Source: a virus
Direction: 5' to 3' (one strand)
DNA length: 64,000 nucleotides
IMG/VR virus record: IMGVR_UViG_3300020165_002937
Shown: positions 57,378 through 64,000 of the stretch, one piece after another
Numbering within the stretch: position 1 is the stretch's first letter
How the letters are laid out: every line of letters begins with the position of its first letter
The notes under the pieces: model-generated
Seen by the model: the letters and a program-made list of their open reading frames with translations, nothing else
Database searches by the model: none
Told to the model about the DNA's origin: nothing
Position numbers and translations under genes: made by a program

Positions 57378-57791
57378 ATGAAGATTACAAAACAACAACT
57401 TAAGCAGATTATTAAGGAAGAGTTAAAGGATTACACGCGCGGCGAAGCCCGCAGTCCTGAAATTCAGATCCCGGGCTATGGCATTATGACTGTTGAGGGG
57501 GTTAAAAGAAAATTAGCTGTTATGTTACAAGAGGCTGCCGATGATGCAACCAAAGACCCACCAAGCTACTCGCACCTCAATGGCGGCGTCATCCAGGCGC
57601 TCCACCAAGCATTAAGAGATCACTATCAAAATTCCGAAGAATCCCTTGAAGAAAAGATCAAGGAAGTTGAAGGTGGATATAAGGCGACCACTAAGAGCGG
57701 TAGACCATTATCAAAAAAGCCAAAGACAAAGAAAGGCGCTCAAGCCCAACTCGCAGCAGTGGAGATATCAAAAGCCAAGAGAGGTAAGTGA
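57378..57791 (+). CDS. Cassette 4: protein with MKITKQQLKQIIKEE leader and basic C-terminal module
   Basis: ATG at the end of partial repeat copy 4; C-terminus GGYKATTKSGRPLSKKPKTKKGAQAQLAAVEISKAKRGK. Confidence 0.75.
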   Translation: MKITKQQLKQIIKEELKDYTRGEARSPEIQIPGYGIMTVEGVKRKLAVMLQEAADDATKDPPSYSHLNGGVIQALHQALRDHYQNSEESLEEKIKEVEGGYKATTKSGRPLSKKPKTKKGAQAQLAAVEISKAKRGK

Positions 57792-57991
57792 TGGCAGCTG
57801 CAACAAAAGCTTTCGTGGATACATGGTTGGCAAAACTTACTTCCCGCAAGCTGATGGTGTGGCTTACAGCGACCGGCCTAACCTTTACGGGGCATGTTAC
57901 TAGCGAAGACTGGGTGTTAATCTCCGCTATATATATTGGGGGCCAAACTGTTATTGATGGGTTGGCTCGTTTAAAAGGGTACAATGATTAA
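57788..57991 (+). CDS. Putative holin
   Basis: 67 aa, KLTSRKLMVW motif, two hydrophobic segments, charged C-terminus. Confidence 0.6.
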   Translation: MMAAATKAFVDTWLAKLTSRKLMVWLTATGLTFTGHVTSEDWVLISAIYIGGQTVIDGLARLKGYND

Positions 57992-58367
57992 ACAAAAGAT
58001 ACTAGAATTTACTCTGAAGAATTGGAAGGCAATACTAATAGTGTTGCTTTTGGCTGTTATAGCCCTCAAGAATACACGCGATTATAGGCTGATGCAAGAT
58101 GCCTATGAGACCCAACTAGAATCCCATGAAGCACAAATTGAAGGCTTGAAAGAAATACATAAGCAAGAAATTCGTGAAAAACAAAAACTAATGGAAGAAC
58201 ACATGGAGTCAATAGCAGCAATCGAAGAAGATTATGAGAATGCCCTTGAAATGATTCAACAATTGAGAGAGGATAAAAAGGGCGAATATAGAAATAAATT
58301 CAATCAAGATAGAGAGCAGCTAATTAAAGACATAGAAAGCCGATTTGGTATTCAATATGCTCCTTAA
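57984..58367 (+). CDS. Putative inner-membrane spanin-like protein
   Basis: N-terminal TM (AILIVLLLAVIAL) followed by a long coiled coil; directly after the holin-like gene. Confidence 0.5.
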   Translation: MIKQKILEFTLKNWKAILIVLLLAVIALKNTRDYRLMQDAYETQLESHEAQIEGLKEIHKQEIREKQKLMEEHMESIAAIEEDYENALEMIQQLREDKKGEYRNKFNQDREQLIKDIESRFGIQYAP

Positions 58368-58773
58368 ACTGCTTTTAGTGCTTAGTCTTTCAGCGAATGC
58401 AGTTGAGCCGGCCAAGTTTACCATCTTGGAATATAAGGCGCCAGCACCATTCGCAGGAGTTTTGTTCGACGAAAAGGCCATGGCTAAAATGCTGGCAGAT
58501 TATGATATATACAAGTATTCATGCGATATAAAAACTGATTATCAATTAAAGATCCAAAGAGAAGAATATGACTTTAAGTTGAAAAACTTAAAAATAGAAC
58601 ATAAATCCTTAACAGATGAGTATGATTTGTTTATAATGCAGAAGGATAAAGAAATTAATCTTTTATCTAGCGCCTTAAAAAAAACCTCCCCCCGCCACAA
58701 ATGGTTGTATTTTGCTGGTGGAATCCTCATTGGCACTGCCGCCTCGTATGGCGCTTATAAGACTCTACAATGA
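58357..58773 (+). CDS. Exported coiled-coil protein with C-terminal TM (spanin-partner candidate)
   Basis: Signal peptide MLLKLLLVLSLSANA, APFAGVLF, coiled coil, C-terminal WLYFAGGILIGTAASYGAY. Confidence 0.5.
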   Translation: MLLKLLLVLSLSANAVEPAKFTILEYKAPAPFAGVLFDEKAMAKMLADYDIYKYSCDIKTDYQLKIQREEYDFKLKNLKIEHKSLTDEYDLFIMQKDKEINLLSSALKKTSPRHKWLYFAGGILIGTAASYGAYKTLQ

Positions 58774-59162
58774 CCAACAAAAATTTAAATAAAATAGCAG
58801 CTATAGAAAAAGCCATCAGCGAAAAGTATGGAGATGAAGCAATTCAAAATCCTCACACAAATTGGTCAGAGGAAAAAGAGAAAATGTATTTAGAACAGCT
58901 AGGTGTGTTTTATAGTAAAAGTCGCAAGTCCGATGCTTGGGAAGAAAAAATAGACATTGATGGCGTTAAAGTGTCAAAAAAACTACTTAGTAGAGAATCT
59001 TTAGCAAATTGTCCTGTCTGCGGAAATCTTCCTAAGAAATCACTGGATGATGTGTGTCTTGTAAAATTTGAATGTTGCAGTTATTGTTACTACAAATATG
59101 TTGAAGACAGAGAAAAAAGATGGTCAACCGGTTGGCGCCCCGAAATTAAAAAGGATAAATAA
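58770..59162 (+). CDS. Hypothetical zinc-finger protein
   Basis: CPVC...CCSYC. Confidence 0.65.
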   Translation: MTNKNLNKIAAIEKAISEKYGDEAIQNPHTNWSEEKEKMYLEQLGVFYSKSRKSDAWEEKIDIDGVKVSKKLLSRESLANCPVCGNLPKKSLDDVCLVKFECCSYCYYKYVEDREKRWSTGWRPEIKKDK

Positions 59163-59166
59163 AAAA

Positions 59167-59712
59167 ATGGCTACAGTATATGAAATTATTCAAGGTCTCT
59201 CGCAAGCAGCAGCAAATGCTTATGACGGAGCTTTAAACGAAGAAGGTGAGTCTGTGTTAGCCGGCTTGAACCGGGAGGATGGAAATCCCCTTATTGATCG
59301 CCGGGTAATAGATGGATTTAATGTCAGGTTTTTCGGAAACAAAATGATTCTGGCATATCATTCGGAGACCAAATTAAAAGAAGTCTACAGGGGCGGCTTT
59401 GAAGATAATATTGACAGTACGTTAAACGATGTAGCCTCTTTTTTAAAGAAAGAATATAAAAAGATTACTAAAAATGGTGTCTCACTGAAGCAGGAAGGTG
59501 AGACCGATATTCGTGTGGAAGCCACCAGCCGAGTAAGAACTTGGGTGACAGCCGTTCGCACTTATATCATTGAGGATGTGAGTACCGAAACAACAGTTCC
59601 TCAATATTCCTCTGATTCTTTGCAAGATGGATACAAAAAGTTTCTTGAACTTGGCGACTGGAAGGGTAAGCGCCCCGACAACGATACGCGAACTAAGAAC
59701 GGCGATCAATAA
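59167..59712 (+). CDS. Hypothetical protein
   Basis: Start placed at ATG 59167 (MATVYEIIQGLSQAAANAYDG), just after the previous stop. Confidence 0.65.
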   Translation: MATVYEIIQGLSQAAANAYDGALNEEGESVLAGLNREDGNPLIDRRVIDGFNVRFFGNKMILAYHSETKLKEVYRGGFEDNIDSTLNDVASFLKKEYKKITKNGVSLKQEGETDIRVEATSRVRTWVTAVRTYIIEDVSTETTVPQYSSDSLQDGYKKFLELGDWKGKRPDNDTRTKNGDQ

Positions 59713-59714
59713 TA

Positions 59715-60263
59715 ATGAAAATTTCTAAGCAAGAATTGAGACGCATTGTCTTAGAAGAGTTTATGTTAGAAGAGGGTATCGAGACAGAGGCCCTTTCTCC
59801 CGAAAAATTTGATCAGATGATGAAGAATATCAAAAGTAATCGTAAAGGTAGTAGGCCAATTCCGCCTCCACCAGAAGTACCCCGACCAAAAGGAAAAGGT
59901 CTCCCCCACGAAGATACAATGCCTATGGATATCCCAGCAGACGATGCCCCAGAAAGTGAATATTCCGGCTTCCAAGATCGCCCGGGCGCACATCTAGAAG
60001 ATCAGATATTCTCCCTAATAAAAGGTATGTCACCGGAGGACGTCCAGGGGTTATTCCAGGATGTGTTTGAAATGTTGCCTGGGATTGAAATGCAGCAACA
60101 AGAGCCCGACGCAAAACCTTCTACGGAATATGGCGGCGAAGAATTTGAACTCCGTCAACGACAAGGTAGAATTGCCGGTATCAGAGAGGTACTTGAACTT
60201 GGTGACCTGATGGCCCTTATTCGCGAAGTGATCAAAGAGGAAGATAACCTTAAAAATGTATGA
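59715..60263 (+). CDS. Hypothetical protein with MKISKQELRRIVLEE leader
   Basis: Same leader family as the cassette genes; C-terminal LIREVIKEE. Confidence 0.65.
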   Translation: MKISKQELRRIVLEEFMLEEGIETEALSPEKFDQMMKNIKSNRKGSRPIPPPPEVPRPKGKGLPHEDTMPMDIPADDAPESEYSGFQDRPGAHLEDQIFSLIKGMSPEDVQGLFQDVFEMLPGIEMQQQEPDAKPSTEYGGEEFELRQRQGRIAGIREVLELGDLMALIREVIKEEDNLKNV

Positions 60264-61843
60264 GCTTTCAACTAGACAAAAAACAAAAGGTCAAAGAAAT
60301 ATTAAAATGCGGTAAAGACCCATCTTATTTTTTGAAGACATACGCCCGTATATCCCACCCGATGCACGGGTTAATTCTTTTCGACACATATGAGTTTCAA
60401 GATGACCTATTGAAAGACTTCAATGATTACCGGTTCAATGTTATCCTTAAGGCAAGGCAGCTAGGGATTTCAACGATTACGGCCGGGTATGTTGTTTGGA
60501 TGATGTTATTCCATCGGGATAAAGCCATCTTAGTTATGGCCACAAAGTTTGCAACAGCAGGAAACTTAGTTAAAAAAGTCAAGAACATCATGAGAAACCT
60601 TCCTGACTGGCTTAAGATTGCGACCATTAGTGTCGACAACCGGACTTCTTTTGAGCTGTCGAATGGATCTTCGATAAAAGCCACTTCCACCTCTGGCGAT
60701 GCCGGCCGTTCTGAGGCTCTGTCGTTGTTGGTGCTTGATGAGGCCGCCCACATTGATGGTCTAGAAGAACTGTGGACCGGCCTGTATCCTACGCTATCTA
60801 CCGGTGGCCGCTGCATTGCCCTTTCAACTCCAAATGGGGTAGGTAACTGGTTTCACAAGACGTGCACCGACGCCGATGCATCCGCGAATAATTTTAATTT
60901 AACTACGTTACCTTGGGATGTGCACCCAGATAGAGATGAAGAGTGGTACAAGAAAGAAACCAGAAATATGTCGAAACGGCAAATTGCTCAAGAGTTACAG
61001 TGCAATTTCAATACTTCTGGTGAGACTGTTGTAGATCCCGAGTGTCTGGAGTGGTTATTTTCTGGTGTAAAAGAGCCCAAGTATCGAACCGGATTCGATA
61101 GAAATTTCTGGATCTGGGAAGAGTATGACCCGACATGCAATTATTTGTTAGTTGCCGATGTTGCCCGCGGCGATGGTGCTGATTACTCCACATTTCATGT
61201 TATAAAATTAGAAACCTTAGAAGCGGTGGCCGAATATCAGGGCAAGCCAGCCCTGGATATGTATGCGACAATACTTAATCAAGCCGGCCACGAGTTTGGC
61301 AACGCGTTGTTAGTCGTAGAAAACAACAATATTGGGTATTCGGTCTTAAATAAACTAATAGAGTTGGCATATCCTAATTTGTATTACTCCATAAAAACTT
61401 CTCATGAATTTGTAGAGCAACATCAAGCAGAATATCTTTCAAATTCGGTTCCAGGATTCACTACATCTATGAAGACGCGCCCATTAATAGTTGCCAAGTT
61501 GGAAGAGTTTATCAGAAATAAACTAATTACCATATATTCTTCTCGTTTAACTAACGAGATGAAGACCTTTATTTGGAAAAACGGAAAACCACAGGCTATG
61601 AAAGGCTACCATGATGATCTCATCATGGCGCTAGCAATCGCTTGTTGGGTGAGAGATACCGCAATACAAAACAGCGCCCGTGAGTTAAATTATAAAATGG
61701 CATATGCAAATTCAATTGTTACCTCTAAAACTTCCTTTAATACACAAATTAAAGGTCAAGAGGGCTACAAAAAAGATAATATATTTGATAAAATATCGGA
61801 AGCTAAGAATATGTATGACCAATACAAGTGGATTATTAAATAA
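60260..61843 (+). CDS. terL: Terminase large subunit (T4 gp17-like)
   Basis: LKARQLGIST Walker A, LLVLDEAAHI Walker B, LSTPNG, ADVARGDGADYS nuclease motif, VVENN, HDDLIMALAI. Confidence 0.95.
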   Translation: MSFQLDKKQKVKEILKCGKDPSYFLKTYARISHPMHGLILFDTYEFQDDLLKDFNDYRFNVILKARQLGISTITAGYVVWMMLFHRDKAILVMATKFATAGNLVKKVKNIMRNLPDWLKIATISVDNRTSFELSNGSSIKATSTSGDAGRSEALSLLVLDEAAHIDGLEELWTGLYPTLSTGGRCIALSTPNGVGNWFHKTCTDADASANNFNLTTLPWDVHPDRDEEWYKKETRNMSKRQIAQELQCNFNTSGETVVDPECLEWLFSGVKEPKYRTGFDRNFWIWEEYDPTCNYLLVADVARGDGADYSTFHVIKLETLEAVAEYQGKPALDMYATILNQAGHEFGNALLVVENNNIGYSVLNKLIELAYPNLYYSIKTSHEFVEQHQAEYLSNSVPGFTTSMKTRPLIVAKLEEFIRNKLITIYSSRLTNEMKTFIWKNGKPQAMKGYHDDLIMALAIACWVRDTAIQNSARELNYKMAYANSIVTSKTSFNTQIKGQEGYKKDNIFDKISEAKNMYDQYKWIIK

Positions 61844-61857
61844 TAAGAGAGAAGAAG

Positions 61858-63882
61858 ATGCCACCTACCAGTAACAAAAACAACCCAGCCAACAGACAAT
61901 CAGAGTTATTCAAAAGATTAACTAGGTTGTTCTCTGGCCCCATCATTAATTACCGCTCGCAGACCGGTCGGAAAATTAGAAGACAACACCTCGATAAATT
62001 TTCTGCTAGATTCAAGTCCGCCTCGGGCCAGCAATTTAAAAAGACCCTTTATAATCCATTAGACACAATTGCAACAAATGCAATCCAAAGTCAACGTAGA
62101 AACGAAAGATATGTCGATTTCGATCAAATGGAGTACATGCCGGAAATAGCTTCGGCCATGGACATCTATGCAGACGAGATGACAACCTTCTCAAGCCTTA
62201 GTCCGATGTTGAAGATTAAATGCGCAAACGAAGAGATACGAGCCGTGCTAGATATACTGTTTGACAACATTTTAAACTTACAGTATAACTTATTTGGCTG
62301 GGCGCGAACTATGTGCAAGTATGGGGACTTTTTCCTTTACCTCGACATTGACGAAAAGTTTGGTGTCAAATCTGTAATAGCACTTCCTCCACCAGAAATT
62401 GAGCGTTTAGAAGGCCAAGATTCCACCAACCCAAATTATGTACAATATCAGTGGAATTCTGCTGCCATGACTTTTGAAAATTGGCAGATAGCACACTTTA
62501 GAATATTAGGGCATGACAAATATGCGCCATATGGAACTTCGATTTTAGAGCCTGCCCGCCGCATTTGGCGCCAACTTACGTTGGCTGAAGATGCAATGAT
62601 GGCTTATCGAGTTGTGCGGTCTTCTGAGAGGCGCGTTTTCAAAATCGATGTTGGCGCCATACCACCCCAAGATGTTGAACAATATATGGAAAAAATTGTA
62701 ACCCAACTTAAGCGACATTCAGTTATTAACAAAGATACCGGTCGAGTTGACTTACGCTATAATCCAATGAGCATCGAGGAAGATTACTTTATTCCCGTAC
62801 GCCCGGGCTCTGTGACCGATATCCAAAACCTTGCCGGCGGCACTAACACTACCCAAATTGATGATGTCAAATATCTTCGAGATAAATTGTTTTCCGCTCT
62901 CAAGATTCCCCAGTCGTATTTAACAATGGGTGAAGGTGGGGAAGAAGATAAGACAACACTTGCACAAAAAGATATTAGGTTCGCACGCACCATCCAAAGA
63001 CTGCAGCGAGTGTTGGTTTCTGAGTTAACTAAGATCGGAATCATTCATTTGTATACTCTTGGATTCCGCGGCGATGATTTACTGAGTTTTAATTTGGCGC
63101 TCAATAACCCTTCCAAGATTGCTGAGCTTCAAGAACTTGAGCATTGGAAACAGAAATTTGATATTGCTGGCTCAGCGACGGAAGGATACTTTTCACGACG
63201 TTGGGTCGCAGATCATGTTTTTGGTATGTCAACCGAAGAGTTTGCAAGAAACCAGCGAGAAATGTATTACGACAGAAAACATGACGCATCACTCCAGGCA
63301 GTTGCAGAAGCTACCGCGATGGGCCCAGGCGGCGCCGACATGGGCTTAGGCTCCGACATGCCTCCCGCCGGCGGTGGAGGTCCAATGGAAATTACGCCCG
63401 GTGAGGCAGACACAGCGCTTCCCGATAATAGCGCCTCCGCGCCTGACGCAGCCGGCGCGCCTGCTGATTCGGGCAGTGACTCCGCACTGGTCGCTGTCCC
63501 TCCTGGAAACAGAGACTTTCGCCGTAAGAATAAGGCCCAAAGAACTCCCAATGATAAAGGGAAAGAATATTTTCCAAAGCGTGATGGTTCTAATTACAAT
63601 AACAAAGGCCGCCGGAAGGTATCCCTCAGTAGAGCTGCAGGAACCCATGATCCGAGAAAAACAGTGCCGGGTCTTAGTGACATAATGTCGCTAGTAAAAA
63701 CCACCGGCTATGCTAACGGTATAACTACGGAAAGTGATTATAACGAAGTTCCTTCTATTTATAATTTGAGGGAACGCACAGAAGAAGATAAACTTTTTGA
63801 AGTCAACCACTCAGTCAGAGATTTAATTTTGGAACTGGAAACCAAGACAAGCACAATAACGGAGCAAAAAAATGAAGACTAA
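61858..63882 (+). CDS. Portal protein (T4 gp20-like)
   Basis: MEYMPEIASAMDIYADE, LAEDAMMAYRVVRSSERRVFKIDVG, EEDYFIPVR, IDDVKYLRDKLFSALKIP, DIRFARTIQRLQ. Confidence 0.93.
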   Translation: MPPTSNKNNPANRQSELFKRLTRLFSGPIINYRSQTGRKIRRQHLDKFSARFKSASGQQFKKTLYNPLDTIATNAIQSQRRNERYVDFDQMEYMPEIASAMDIYADEMTTFSSLSPMLKIKCANEEIRAVLDILFDNILNLQYNLFGWARTMCKYGDFFLYLDIDEKFGVKSVIALPPPEIERLEGQDSTNPNYVQYQWNSAAMTFENWQIAHFRILGHDKYAPYGTSILEPARRIWRQLTLAEDAMMAYRVVRSSERRVFKIDVGAIPPQDVEQYMEKIVTQLKRHSVINKDTGRVDLRYNPMSIEEDYFIPVRPGSVTDIQNLAGGTNTTQIDDVKYLRDKLFSALKIPQSYLTMGEGGEEDKTTLAQKDIRFARTIQRLQRVLVSELTKIGIIHLYTLGFRGDDLLSFNLALNNPSKIAELQELEHWKQKFDIAGSATEGYFSRRWVADHVFGMSTEEFARNQREMYYDRKHDASLQAVAEATAMGPGGADMGLGSDMPPAGGGGPMEITPGEADTALPDNSASAPDAAGAPADSGSDSALVAVPPGNRDFRRKNKAQRTPNDKGKEYFPKRDGSNYNNKGRRKVSLSRAAGTHDPRKTVPGLSDIMSLVKTTGYANGITTESDYNEVPSIYNLRERTEEDKLFEVNHSVRDLILELETKTSTITEQKNED

Positions 63883-64000
63883 ACACAATAAAAAACGCAA
63901 CACCGCGTTTGTTTATGAAGCATTAATTAAAGAAGCTACTGTTGCTATATTAAAAAATGAAACCGATAAGCATACAAAAGTAGTAGATTTAATTAAAAAG
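63872..64000 (+). CDS. Start of a hypothetical protein downstream of portal (truncated by window edge)
   Basis: MKTKHNKKRNTAFVYEALIKEATVAILKNE... open to the window end; GGAG RBS. Confidence 0.65.
   Translation, partial: MKTKHNKKRNTAFVYEALIKEATVAILKNETDKHTKVVDLIKK

Larger units (their letters stand above)
56387..57422 (+). repeat. Four dispersed direct repeats delimiting small gene cassettes
   Basis: TAAGTATGAATGGATTAGC[G/A]ACAT at 56389, 56846 and 57118, plus partial GAATGGATTAACAACATG at 57363; 57125-57184 vs 57363-57422 are 58/60 identical. Confidence 0.92.

Noticed and set aside
56387-57422. Repeats as a CRISPR array
   Set aside because: The intervals are about 240-460 bp of intact ORFs, not 25-45-bp spacers, and no cas genes are in the window.
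56387-57791. Diversity-generating retroelement (TR/VR pair)
   Set aside because: The repeats cover gene starts rather than C-terminal variable regions, differ at only 1-2 sites, and no reverse transcriptase is in the window.
90-63685. Short minus-strand and alternate-frame ORFs in the track
   Set aside because: All lie within longer, motif-bearing + strand genes and show no recognisable motifs; treated as shadow ORFs.
60260-63882. Intein or intron in terminase or portal
   Set aside because: Motifs are collinear at normal spacing with no intein or homing-endonuclease signatures; the extra portal length is a low-complexity C-terminal tail.
1-64000. Stop-codon reassignment, as in some jumbo phages
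   Set aside because: The standard code gives near-complete coding density, and TAA, TAG and TGA all end genes at tightly coupled junctions.
1-64000. tRNA, rRNA or other structured RNA genes
   Set aside because: Intergenic gaps are under about 95 bp and none shows a cloverleaf or T-loop signature.

Overview
A 64-kb segment of a large tailed bacteriophage, most likely a myovirus-type jumbo phage with T4-superfamily-like terminase, portal, late sigma factor and baseplate wedge. Every credible gene is on the + strand and most are tightly coupled (ATGA/TAATG overlaps). In order: (1) 1-6327, a nucleotide-sugar and glycosylation cluster (two paralogous GT2-like transferases, Fcl/ColC-like reductase, Gmd, SAM methyltransferase, ColD-type dehydratase with His in place of the PLP Lys, split HldE-like kinase and nucleotidyltransferase, HAD phosphatase, cupin); (2) 6329-8089, small genes including an FmdB-like zinc ribbon and a gp55-like sigma factor; (3) 8089-47128, about 39 kb of baseplate/tail genes (lysozyme-like hub, spike-like protein, gp25, gp6/J, a 3674-aa LamG protein, other very large proteins); (4) 47133-53214, an HExxH protein, RuvC, FKBP PPIase, primase and an SbcD-SbcC fusion, the last three each behind a near-consensus sigma70 promoter; (5) 53226-60263, a tubulin/FtsZ-family gene inside an array of small unrelated genes that share N-terminal leader peptides, then a holin/spanin-like cassette; (6) 60260-64000, large terminase, portal and the start of the next gene. 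The two most striking unexplained signals are (a) a repeat-delimited cassette array downstream of the tubulin gene, in which units carry a copy of the tubulin 3' end, a late-promoter-like hexamer and a shared leader resembling a capsid-targeting sequence, and (b) a very dense [S/T]-[G/A/S]-S tripeptide in a subset of virion proteins, in a phage that encodes its own sugar pathways, which suggests a virion O-glycosylation system. All calls come from motif recognition by eye; no searches were run.
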